In this document: one piece after another, positions 1 through 8,846 of the stretch | How positions within the stretch are numbered: the first letter of the stretch is position 1 | Layout of the letters: the number at the start of each line of letters is the position of its first letter | NCBI GenBank assembly: GCA_963789955.1 | Contig: CAWBMV010000032.1 | Location: 1-33,624, forward strand | DNA from: an uncultured Candidatus Rokubacteria bacterium | GTDB lineage: Bacteria > Methylomirabilota > Methylomirabilia > Rokubacteriales > CSP1-6 | Reading direction: 5' to 3' | Length of the DNA stretch: 33,624 nt | Notes under the pieces: model-generated | Seen by the model: the letters and a program-made list of their open reading frames with translations, nothing else | The model's database searches: none | What the model was told of the DNA's origin: nothing | Position numbers and translations under genes: made by a program

Positions 1-410
1 CGTGTCCCTGGAGCTCCTTCGCTCCGGCGCCGCGATAGCGCTCGAAGCTGAACTTCACGTCCTCGGTGGTAATGGGATCGCCGTTGTGGAACTTGAGATC
101 GCGCCGCAGCTTGAACTCGTACGCGAGCCCGTCGGCGCTCTCCGTCCACGACTCGGCCAGGCTCGGCGACATCTTGCCCTTGCCCGGCAGCGGGCGGACG
201 AGCGCGTCGTGGAGCGCGAAGAGAATGCCGAACGGTGCGATCTGGGGCGGAGCCGTGGACGGATCGAACCAGGTCGGCGCGATGGTCACGTGCCAGGCCA
301 CGATGACATCTCCGGCCGGCGCCGTCTGCGCGGCAGTGTCCTGGGATCGATCCCAGCATCACGAGCAGCAACGTCAGCATCACGGCCGCGCCATATCGAT
401 GTGCGCGCAT
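1..410 (-). CDS. ABC transporter substrate-binding protein, family 5 (peptide/nickel type), 5' part only; apparent +1 frameshift after the signal peptide
   Basis: Hand translation. ATG at 410 follows GGAGAGG and gives a signal peptide, MRAHRYGAAVMLTLLLVMLG. One frame over reads AAQTAPAGDVIVAWHVTIAPTWFDP...SLAESWTESADGLAYEFKLRRDLKFHNGDPITTEDVKFSFERY, the SBP_bac_5 N-terminal signature. It runs off the window start. Confidence 0.85.
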   Translation of the reverse strand, partial: MRAHRYGAAVMLTLLLVMLGSIPGHCRADGAGRRCHRGLARDHRADLVRSVHGSAPDRTVRHSLRAPRRARPPAAGQGQDVAEPGRVVDGERRRARVRVQAAARSQVPQRRSHYHRGREVQLRALSRRRSEGAPGT

Positions 411-471
411 GTGCCTCTCCATTCGAATGACGATCAGGGTCAGGCGCTTCGGGGCGAGTATATTCGACTCG

Positions 472-963
472 ATGAAGCTGATGAAGCTGTGGTGGGCCGG
501 GGTTCTGGTCGTGGCCGCCGTGTCATTCTTCGCCTGCGGGACGCCGCCCCCTCCGCTGACGACGCCGGTCGGGATGATGCCGGACCTGCGCGGCACCTGG
601 AACGGCACCGGCGGGCTCCCCTGACGCTCGTCATCCTCGATCAGCGGGATGCCGAGCCGATCGGCGGCGTTTCAGTCGGTCCCTGGCAGGTGTTCGGGCG
701 AGATCTGCCGGGCGCGTCCGCATCCAGCGTCGCGGTCCGCAACGAGATGGTCGGTCAACGTGCAGGGTCGACTCGGCGGCTCGAACGGACGGCTCACCCT
801 GGTGCTCGAGCCCGCGACGGTCAACGGCGGGTGGATCAGCCTGACCTGGCTCGAGGCGAACCGGCTGGCGGGAGCTGGAACGGCGCAAATGAGCTGGGAG
901 CCGCGGGGGCCCGTGGAGCTGATTCGTCAGCCCCAGGGCCCCGCGGCGAAGCCACCAGCCTAG
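472..963 (+). CDS. Hypothetical lipoprotein, broken by compensating frameshifts (near 610 and 720-750)
   Basis: MKLMKLWWAGVLVVAAVSFFAC is a lipobox-type signal peptide. Protein-like sequence continues across three ORF pieces: PDLRGTWNGT, then PLTLVILDQ...GPWQVFG, then SVNVQGRLGG...PRGPVELIR, ending at TAG 961-963. Confidence 0.6.
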
Positions 964-981
964 ACGCTTACCGGCGGGAGC

Positions 982-1390
982 TTACATCTTGCCATCGGCC
1001 TGGAACCAGGTGTAGTCCCACACGCTGAGCCGGTAGCTGGCGGTCGCCGGGTAAGCTCGGGATTTCGAAGTGTGCGCGCCCGAAGCCGCCCACGCCTCCG
1101 GGCACGTACGCGATCCGCTGGCCCACCACCGCCCCACCCGAGTCGATCGCCTGCGCGAGCACGCGAAGGCTGGTGGCGAACTCCCCGTTGTGGTTGTAGA
1201 CGTAGCCGGCGACCTTGCGCGAGCTCTGGCTCTGCTCGGTCGCCGTCCACTCGAACGAGAAGTGCTGCTCCCAGCCTGCCGTCAAGGTCGTGGCCGTCAT
1301 GCTGAGAGGAGGCGCGGCGCCGGTTTCCGCGCACGCCGCGCTCATCGTCGCAATCAGACCGAGCAGGAGGCCGAGGCGAATCGCTTTCAA
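982..1390 (-). CDS. Small hypothetical lipoprotein (beta-rich, FxLYD-like); probable +1 frameshift near 1050
   Basis: TTG start with AGGA upstream, 10 nt after the peroxiredoxin stop; lipobox-like MSAAC. Removing one base at 1049-1052 gives the C-terminus FEIPSLPATASYRLSVWDYTWFQADGKM with TAA at 982-984. The uncorrected ORF ends at 968. Confidence 0.65.
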
Positions 1391-1400
1391 GGAGCGGTCC

Positions 1401-1961
1401 TCATTTCATCGACAAGTTCGCGGCCTTCACGGCCGCCAGCACTTCGGCCGGCTCGAGGAGATTCAGCGGACTGTCCATGACCTTGACGTATTTGATGGTC
1501 CCCGTCTTGTCGATGATGAAGTACGCCCGCTTCGCATAGCGGTAGACCGGGCTGGCTTCGTTCATCTCCATGGCACCGTACGCTGGCAGCATCTGTCGGC
1601 GGAAATCCGAGAGGAGGAGCTGCTTGGAGTGCTGATCCTTCTGCCACGCGGCGAGCGCGAGGTGATGATCGGTGCTAACGCCCACGACCTGGGCGCCGGC
1701 GGCTTCGAACTGCGGCAGCGCAGCCTCGAAACCGGCAAGCTCTTTGGTTCACGTCGGGGTGAACGCGGCGATGAAGGTATAGATGACGACGGGCCCTTTG
1801 GCCGTCAGGTCCGACAGCTTGACCGGCTTGCCGTCAGTCCCGTTGAGGGCGAAGTCGGGCGCTTTCTGCCCGGCCTCCAGGGCGACGGCCGCGCTGGTCA
1901 GGACCAGGACGGCGAGCGCGCTCAGGACGAGAATCCGGCTCACGGCGCGTGTGGTAGACAT
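1401..1961 (-). CDS. Secreted peroxiredoxin (AhpC/TSA fold, AhpE-like), probable selenoprotein with Sec encoded by TGA at 1749-1751; 186 aa
   Basis: ATG at 1961 after GGAGGAG, then a signal peptide and GQKAPDFAL...VKLSDL...VVIYTFIAAFTPT-[TGA]-TKELAGF...VVGVSTD...LLSDF...AYG...KRAYFIIDKTGTIKY. The two ORF-track pieces are in the same frame, and the TGA aligns to the peroxidatic Cys. Confidence 0.9.
1701..1748 (-). promoter_or_regulatory. Candidate bacterial SECIS element
   Basis: Immediately 3' of the UGA the mRNA reads ACCAAAGAGCUUGCC GGUUUCGA G GCUGCG CUGC CGCAGU UCGAAGCC. By eye this folds into 8-bp and 6-bp stems with a G bulge and an apical loop about 30 nt from the UGA. Several A/T-ending codons (AAA, CTT, GGT, GCT) are atypical for this DNA. 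Confidence 0.6.
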
Positions 1962-2090
1962 GGCTCCTCCTTGGTATAGGATCGCTGCCTCGGATCTTAC
2001 TCGTAACCCCCGGCCGAGGCACGCGGTTCCGGCGACCCGGCCGCCCGGAAGATGTGCTAGCGTCCGGATCTGACGGAGGGGAGGACCTGG

Positions 2091-4104
2091 ATGACCGCGA
2101 TCCCGTCGTCCCGTCGGCACTTTCTCGCTGGGGCCGCGTCGGCGACCGCCGGGCTTTTGCTTCCGCGGCCGGCGCGCTCCCAACCGGCGAGCGCTCGCCA
2201 GCTCGTTTCGCGCGAGACGTTCTTCGGCGATCCGGATGTCGCCTGGGCTCAGCTCTCGTTCGACGGCGCCTGGGTCGCGTACATCGCCCCGGTCGCCGGG
2301 GTGCGCAACCTCTGGGTGGCGCCAATCGACGATCTCCGCGCCGCCAGGCCCGTCACCCGGGTGACTGAACGCCCGATCGGATCCTTCTTCCAGTGGGCGT
2401 ACACGAACCGGCACGTCGTCTTCTTCGAGGAGCGGGACGGCGACGAGAACTGGCGCGCGTCGAGCGTCGACATCCACGACGGCACGATCGTCACGCTGAC
2501 GCCTCCGCGCGGCGTGCGCGCGTGGGTGCAGGAGGTCAGCCAGCGCTTCCCGCGCGAGATGCTATTCAGCCACAACGAGCGTGAGAAGCAGTTCTTCGAC
2601 ATCTTCCGCGTCGACGTCGTGACGGGAAAGTCCGAGCTCGTGTACGAGAACCACCGGTTCGCGTGGCTCGTCACCGACAGCTCGTTCCAGCTGCGGCTCG
2701 GCATCCGATTCCTCAAGGACGGCAGCGTCGAGGTGCTCGAGCGTCGGCCGAGCGGAACCTGGATGCCCTTCATGTCGATCGCCCGCAGCGAGGTCGATGC
2801 CACCCGGCTGCTCGACTTCAGCGCCGATGGCAAGACGCTCTACCTCTTCGACGCGCGGGACCGCGACAAGGCCGCGCTCATGGGCATCGACATGGGCACG
2901 CGCCGCGCGCGGGTGATCGCCGAGGATCCCGCGGCGGACGTCACGAAGGTGCTGCTCCACCGGGTCACGCGAAAGCCGCTCGCGGCGGCGGCGATGGTCG
3001 ATCGCCGGCGATGGCGGCCGGCGGAGCCGAGCTTCGCGGCGGATCTGAAGGCGATCCAGTCGTCGACGTCGGGCGACGTCGATCTGGTCGGCCTCAGCGC
3101 CGACGCGAGCCGGGTCATGGTCCTCGTGCAACACGACGCCGCGAGCCCGGAATGGACGATCTACGACCGCGCGACGCGCCGGGTGCGTCCGCTCTTCAAG
3201 GCACGGCGAAGCCTCGACGGCGTGCCGCTCCGGCCGCTCGAGCCGGTGACCTTTCCGGCGCGGGACGGTTTGAAGCTCCAGGGTTATCTGACTCGCCCGG
3301 CCCCGGACGCGCGCAATGTGCCGATGGTGCTGGTGATCCACGGCGGGCCGTATGCCCGGGACGAATGGATTCAATCCGACTCACCAGTGGCTCGCCAATC
3401 GCGGCTACGCGGTCCTGAGCATCAACTACCGGGGCTCGACCGGCTTCGGCAAAGCCTTCGTGACTGCCGCCGACCGCGAGTGGGGCGGCAAGATGCACGA
3501 CGACCTGATCGCCGGCGTCGACTGGGCGGTCGCGCGCGGTATCGCCGATCCCAAGCGGGTCGGCTTCTACGGCGGGAGCTATGGCGGTTACGCGGCGCTC
3601 ACCGCGGCCACCAAGACACCGGACGTGTTCGCGTGCATCGTCGACATCTATGGCATCGCCAATCTAATGACCTTCATGGCGGCGATCCCGCCCTACTGGG
3701 GCCCGTCGTTCAGCGTCTGGAAGAACCGCCTCGGCGATCCGGACACCGAAGAGGGTCGGGCGTTTCTCCGAGAGCGCTCGCCCTTGACGCACATCGATCG
3801 CGCCTTCCGGCCGATCCTGATCGTCCAGGGTCTCGAGGACGTGCGCGTGACCCGCGCCGAATCCGAGCAGATGGTGGCGGTGCTGCAGCGCCGCAACGTG
3901 CCGGTGACGTACGTCGTCTTTCCCGATGAGGGCCACGGCTTCTCGAAGCCGAAGAACCAGATCGCCTTCCGCGCGGTCACCGAAGCCTTCCTCGCCAAAC
4001 ACCTCGGCGGCACCGCCCAACCCATCGACCGCACGAAAGACTTCGCCGGCTCATCCCTCACCGTCGAAGTAGGCGCCGACCTAATCCCCGGCCTCTCCGG
4101 CTAG
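2091..4104 (+). CDS. S9 family (prolyl oligopeptidase/dipeptidyl aminopeptidase-like) serine peptidase, Tat-exported; frameshift near 3367
   Basis: Twin-arginine motif SRRHFL and a beta-propeller-like N-terminal region, then VIHGGPYARDEW. The second frame continues with GFNPTHQWLANRGYAVL, nucleophile GGSYGG, QGLED and DEGHGF. GAATGGATTC lacks two G relative to the expected EWGF. Confidence 0.9.
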
Positions 4105-4220
4105 AGCGATCCCCAACCGTCGATCGCGATGTCGCAGCGAGCCGCACGTGAAGCAGGCCGGCAAGCTATGCGCTAACCGACAAGCGACGACTCAAGCACC
4201 GGCAACCGATCCAACGGAGA

Positions 4221-4288
4221 GCAGGCGGCCGAGAAGGGCCCAGATGCGAGGAGGCGACGAAGCAGATGGGCCCTTCTCGGCCGCCTGC
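4221..4288. repeat. Perfect 22-bp inverted repeat (REP/MITE-like palindrome or bidirectional terminator) between convergent genes
   Basis: GCAGGCGGCCGAGAAGGGCCCA (4221-4242) and TGGGCCCTTCTCGGCCGCCTGC (4267-4288) are exact reverse complements around a 24-nt spacer. Confidence 0.85.
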
Positions 4289-4290
4289 GG

Positions 4291-5613
4291 TCACGCCTTG
4301 TTAAACCTCGAGTAAATTTCAACGATCCGCTTGTCACACTCCTCCAGCGCCTTGCCCGGCTCCCAGTTGTCGACGAGCACCCGCTGGATCATCTTCGGGA
4401 TCACGTGCGTATTGAGCACCTCACCCGCCGCCGGCGTCGGCGCGCCCGCATAGCTCACCGGCACGCCGGTCTCGGCCATATTGATGAAGTGCTTGAACTC
4501 CGGCTTCTCGCGCCAGAACGGCGAATCGAAGAGACGCTTGTAGACGGGCACCCAGCGCCCGCCGGTCGACTGGATGATCTTGTCGTAGTTGGCGGGCTGC
4601 ATGAAGTAGTCGATGAGCCCGCGCGCGAGATCCGGGTACGGGTTCTTCTTGAACGCGCCGTAGGACCACGTGTCGATCTGGTTCACGGTGCCCTTGGGGC
4701 CGGCCGGCACCGGGAAGAGCCCGGTGACCTTCTGCAGATCCTTGTCGTTCGAATCGAGGTAGGCGTAGACGCTCGACGGGTTCATCACGAAGGCCGCCTG
4801 CTTGGACTGGTAGGCCTTGTTGTTGCCCGAGTTGTCCCACGCGATCGCGCCCTGCGGGATGATCTTGTGCGTCTTGAACATGGCCTCGATGACCTTCACG
4901 CCGGCCACGTTCGCGGCGGAGTTCATCACGACCGTCTTGTTGTCGGCCTCGACCATCTTGCCGCCGTAACACCAGAGCAGGTTCATCACGTTGTCGGTCG
5001 TGTCCTCCACGAGCCCGAGACACATTCCGAAGGCATAGAGGCGCGGCGGCGCCTGGATCTTCTTGCTCGTCTCGATGAATTCGTCCCACGTCTTCGGGTA
5101 CTCGACCTTGGCCTGCTCGAGCAGATCGAGCCGCGCGTGAACGGGCCACGGGTTCACGGCCAGCGGCACGCCGAGCGCGCGCCCCTTGTACATGACCGCC
5201 GTCATGCTCGACTCGAAGATGCCCTTGGGCTCGCGACGCATCTTGGCGACGAGATCGGTGACGTCGATCAGGTGGCCTTGCGATCCGTAGAACTGCACGT
5301 TCGATTCGTAGAGGCGGATGACGTCGGGCGGGTTGCCGGCTTCGATCGAGGCCGCGAGCTTGGCGGTAGCCTGCTCGTTGGCGACCACCGCATACTCCAC
5401 CTCGGACTCCTTGAGCCCGGCTTGCTTGGCGAACTCGTAAACCTGATCCTTCTGGATCTGGTCGGCCAGCGGCGTGAAGTTCGGCAGATGCCAGTAGACG
5501 AGCTTCTTCGCCCGCTGCGCGTGACTCTTGCCGACCCGCCACCACGGGCTCGTCGCTGCCACACCCGCGGCCCCCGCCAGCTTCAGCACCTCGCGTCGAT
5601 TGATCGCGTTCAT
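4291..5613 (-). CDS. Carbohydrate-type (CUT1) ABC transporter substrate-binding protein, Tat signal
   Basis: NRREVLK twin-arginine leader; AGNPPDV and YPKTWDEF are SBP family 1 features; GGAGGG RBS; lies downstream of two permeases. Confidence 0.9.
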   Translation of the reverse strand: MNAINRREVLKLAGAAGVAATSPWWRVGKSHAQRAKKLVYWHLPNFTPLADQIQKDQVYEFAKQAGLKESEVEYAVVANEQATAKLAASIEAGNPPDVIRLYESNVQFYGSQGHLIDVTDLVAKMRREPKGIFESSMTAVMYKGRALGVPLAVNPWPVHARLDLLEQAKVEYPKTWDEFIETSKKIQAPPRLYAFGMCLGLVEDTTDNVMNLLWCYGGKMVEADNKTVVMNSAANVAGVKVIEAMFKTHKIIPQGAIAWDNSGNNKAYQSKQAAFVMNPSSVYAYLDSNDKDLQKVTGLFPVPAGPKGTVNQIDTWSYGAFKKNPYPDLARGLIDYFMQPANYDKIIQSTGGRWVPVYKRLFDSPFWREKPEFKHFINMAETGVPVSYAGAPTPAAGEVLNTHVIPKMIQRVLVDNWEPGKALEECDKRIVEIYSRFNKA

Positions 5614-5622
5614 GCGGCCCTC

Positions 5623-6468
5623 CTACCCTTTCACGGCGCCGAGCGTGAGACCCTTGACGACCCAGCGCTGGAAGATCAGATACATGATGAGGGGCGGCAG
5701 CGTGCTCAGGAACGACGCGCCCATCATCGGTCCCCAGAAGAACACGTCCTCCACGACGAAGAGCGAGAGCCCCGTTGTGATGGTCCGGACCTCGACGCTG
5801 TTGACGAACACGTTGGCGTAGAGGAACTCGTTCCACGACTGCGTGAACGCGAAGAACGTCACGACCGCGAGAGCCGGCAGTGACATCGGCAGGATCACGC
5901 GGATGAGGCTGCCGAGCCGGCTGCAGCCGTCGACCAGCGCGGCCTCTTCGAGCTCGAGCGGGACCGAGCGGAAGTAACCCATCAAGAGCCACGTCGAGAA
6001 CGGCACCGAGAAACTCAGGTACGTGAGGATCAGCCCCTGGTGCGTGTCGATGAGCCGGAGTATCGACAGCACCGAGAAAAGCGGGATGAAGAGAAGCGCC
6101 GGCGGCACCAGATAGGTGACGACGAGTCCCCGGGCGATCAGCGCGCGCCCCGGGAAACGGAGCCGAGCCAGCGCGTAGGCGCCGAGGCAGCCGAGCACGA
6201 GCGACAACAGGGTATTGCCGACGGCGATGATCGTGCTGTTGCGGACGTATTTGACGAACGGCGTCGTGCGGAACAGCCGGCCGTACGCGGCGAGCGTCGG
6301 CCGGTGCGGGTAGAGCGTCGCCTCGAACCCGTAGATCTCGCGGTCGGCCTTGAGCGAGGTCGCGATCATCCAGTAGAACGGCAGGAGCGTCCAGACGAGG
6401 AGCACCGCGAGCAGGCCGTTGCCGACCCACTTCAGGAGGCGCTGCGAGCCTGACGTCGTCCGCGCCAT
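5623..6468 (-). CDS. Carbohydrate ABC transporter permease (MalG/UgpE-like)
   Basis: EAA loop ELEEAALVDGCS, SWNEFLYA, several hydrophobic segments. Confidence 0.92.
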   Translation of the reverse strand: MARTTSGSQRLLKWVGNGLLAVLLVWTLLPFYWMIATSLKADREIYGFEATLYPHRPTLAAYGRLFRTTPFVKYVRNSTIIAVGNTLLSLVLGCLGAYALARLRFPGRALIARGLVVTYLVPPALLFIPLFSVLSILRLIDTHQGLILTYLSFSVPFSTWLLMGYFRSVPLELEEAALVDGCSRLGSLIRVILPMSLPALAVVTFFAFTQSWNEFLYANVFVNSVEVRTITTGLSLFVVEDVFFWGPMMGASFLSTLPPLIMYLIFQRWVVKGLTLGAVKG

Positions 6469-6471
6469 CGC

Positions 6472-7386
6472 CTACTCGTCGGCCGGGCGCAGCATGCGGC
6501 GCGTGAGCAGCACGATCAGGACGACCAACACCGGGAAGAACACCAGCGAGATCGCCGCGCCCATGCCGAGCCGGCGGGCGCCGAGCGCCGTCGTGTACGC
6601 GAGGTGCGGAAAGATCTCGGTGCGGCTCGCGGGGCCGCCGCGCGTCAGGATCAGCACGAACTGCAGATTGGTGGCGGTCCAGATCGTCGACAGCATCACC
6701 GTGGTCAGGAAGACCGTCTTCAGCCGCGGGATCGTGACGAAGAAGAACTGCTGGATCGTCGACGCGCCGTCGAGCTCCGCCGCCTCGTAGAGCTCCTTGG
6801 GAATCGCCTGCAGGCCGGCCAGGAACGTCATCGAGTAGAACGGAGTGCCCGCCCACACCACCACCGCGATCACGCACCCCATCGCCAGTCGCGGATCGGC
6901 CAGCCACGAGATGATGTCGCTGGTGAGGTGAAACGTGATCAGGAAGTTGTTCAGGAATCCGCTCAGATCGTCGAAGATCCACCGCCAGTTCAGCGCGACG
7001 ATGACGACCGGGACCGCCCACGGCACGAACAGGAGCGTGCGGAAGACGTTGTTGAAGCGGCGCGGCTGGTCGAGGATGAGCGCCATCGTGAGGCCCAACA
7101 CGAACTTGATCCCGACGGCGACCGCGGTGTAGAGCACGCTGTTCCACGCGGTGCGCAGGAACACGTCGTCGCGGAACAGATCCAGGTAGTTATCGAGGCC
7201 GACGAAGCGGCCGGGCGCGCCGACCATCTTGTCTTGCAGGCTCAGATAGATCGCCGAGAAGAAGGGGTACGCGACGAGGAACAGGATGACCAGCAGCGCC
7301 GGACTCAGCAGGCTCCAGGCGAGCCACGCTTCCTGCCGAAGGGCGCCCGAGCGACGCGGCCGGAGCACGGGAGCTCGGACCAGCAC
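6472..7386 (-). CDS. Carbohydrate ABC transporter permease (MalF/UgpA-like); start uncertain
   Basis: FVGLDNY, LAGLQAIPKELYEAAELDGAS, ILTRGGP. The ORF-track start at 7458 lies inside a predicted promoter, so the in-frame GTG at 7386 is preferred. Confidence 0.9.
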   Translation of the reverse strand: MLVRAPVLRPRRSGALRQEAWLAWSLLSPALLVILFLVAYPFFSAIYLSLQDKMVGAPGRFVGLDNYLDLFRDDVFLRTAWNSVLYTAVAVGIKFVLGLTMALILDQPRRFNNVFRTLLFVPWAVPVVIVALNWRWIFDDLSGFLNNFLITFHLTSDIISWLADPRLAMGCVIAVVVWAGTPFYSMTFLAGLQAIPKELYEAAELDGASTIQQFFFVTIPRLKTVFLTTVMLSTIWTATNLQFVLILTRGGPASRTEIFPHLAYTTALGARRLGMGAAISLVFFPVLVVLIVLLTRRMLRPADE

Positions 7387-7434
7387 CTCGTCTTGAAAGG
7401 CTCCTCGCGGTCCGGCCGAGATCGCCACGCGCGG

Positions 7435-7463
7435 ATTATCAGTGGGCCTCGTGAGCACGTCAA
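7435..7463 (-). promoter_or_regulatory. Sigma70-type promoter for the sugar ABC operon
   Basis: Minus strand reads TTGACG-N17-GATAAT. Confidence 0.6.
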
Positions 7464-7616
7464 GACGCGGCGCCCGCCGCGGCGGGGCTTGAATACGGTC
7501 GCCGACCGCGCGAGACTCGTCGCGCTCCCGTCGAGCGCGGGAGCCCGGAGCGAACGCGCGCCGCGCGCCGCGCCGAGGCCGTCATCCCGATGCTCTTCAA
7601 CGAGGAGGAAGCGACG

Positions 7617-8813
7617 ATGAGGATCCGAGCGAGCATCGCGACCATCGCCATGGTCGCACTCGTGGCAGCCGCGGGCGGCGCGACGCGCGGCGCGGCCGAG
7701 GACAAGACGCTCACGATCGGCGTGCTGGGGCCGCTCTCCGGCGGCGCCGCGTCGTACGGCGTGGAGCTGGTGCGCGGCGCCGAGATGAGGGCCGACGAGA
7801 TCAACAAGGCCGGCGGCCTCAAGGTCGGCAACGACGTCTATCACATCAAGATCGTGAGCTACGACCACAAGGCGCTCGCGGCGGACGCGGCCACTGCGGC
7901 CAACAAGCTCGTGTTCCAGGACAAGGTGAAGTACATCATCGGCAACGCGGTCGGCGCCACCTGCAACGCCGTCCAGACCGTGACGGAGCCCGAGAAGGTC
8001 CTGTTCTCGTTCGTGTGCTGGGGAACGGCCAACCTCGGCCCGGACAAGCCGTACTCGTTCCGGGCGATGCTGAGCCAGTGGGAAGTGGCCGATCCGTTCT
8101 ATCGCTGGGTGAAGGAAAAGCATCCTCAGATCAAGCGCGTGGCGCTCATCTCGCCCAACGACACCAGCGGTAAGGACACCAACACCGCGGTCGTCAAGGC
8201 GCTCAAGGGCCTCGGCTTCGAGGTCGCCGCCGACGAGTACTACGAGCGCGGCACCAAGGACTTCTACCCGATCCTCACCAAGCTCCTGGCGACCAAACCC
8301 GATATGCTCGACGTCGCCGCGGCGCCGGCGGGCGAGGGCGGGCTCATCCTCAAGCAGGCGCGCGAGCTCGGCTTCAAGGGCGCCAAGGGCTGGACCGCCG
8401 GGACCAACCCGTTCACGATCATCGGCGTCGCCGGGAAGGAAGCGGCCGAGGGCGTGTGGAGCCCGCTCAACATCAACGTGAAGAGCGATTTCGTCAGCCA
8501 GACCGTGCGCCGGTTCGGCGAGGAGTACGAGAAGCGCTACAAGGAAGTGCCCGGCGTGATCGCCATCGCCAACTACGCGGCCTTCGACGTGATCACCAAG
8601 GCCATGCAGGACGCGCGCTCGCTCGAGACCGACAAGGTGCTGGCCGCGCTGACCCAGAAGCCCTTCGACACCGTGTGGGGCAAGCTGGTCCTCGGCGGCA
8701 AGGAGACGTACGGCATCGATCGGCAGTTCCTGTACCCGATGGTCATCAGCGAGGTTCGCGACGGCAAGGTGGTCGACATCGCTCAAGTGCTGCCGGCCGC
8801 ACTGAAGAAATGA
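7617..8813 (+). CDS. Branched-chain amino acid (Liv/HAAT) family ABC substrate-binding protein
   Basis: GAGGAGG RBS before ATG 7617; signal peptide; IGVLGPLSGGAASYG and ADEINKAGG are PBP1/LivK-like motifs. Confidence 0.9.
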   Translation: MRIRASIATIAMVALVAAAGGATRGAAEDKTLTIGVLGPLSGGAASYGVELVRGAEMRADEINKAGGLKVGNDVYHIKIVSYDHKALAADAATAANKLVFQDKVKYIIGNAVGATCNAVQTVTEPEKVLFSFVCWGTANLGPDKPYSFRAMLSQWEVADPFYRWVKEKHPQIKRVALISPNDTSGKDTNTAVVKALKGLGFEVAADEYYERGTKDFYPILTKLLATKPDMLDVAAAPAGEGGLILKQARELGFKGAKGWTAGTNPFTIIGVAGKEAAEGVWSPLNINVKSDFVSQTVRRFGEEYEKRYKEVPGVIAIANYAAFDVITKAMQDARSLETDKVLAALTQKPFDTVWGKLVLGGKETYGIDRQFLYPMVISEVRDGKVVDIAQVLPAALKK

Positions 8814-8846
8814 GGGACTCGGCTCGCTAGAGGCCGCGGGCGACTC

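Noticed and set aside
622..624. TGA in the first lipoprotein as another selenocysteine codon
   Set aside because: The protein-like sequence continues in a different frame (PLTLVILDQ), so this is a frameshift, and there is no redox motif.
1962..2477. N-terminal extension of the peroxiredoxin ORF to 2477
   Set aside because: It overlaps the peptidase on the opposite strand. The SD and signal peptide place the start at 1961.
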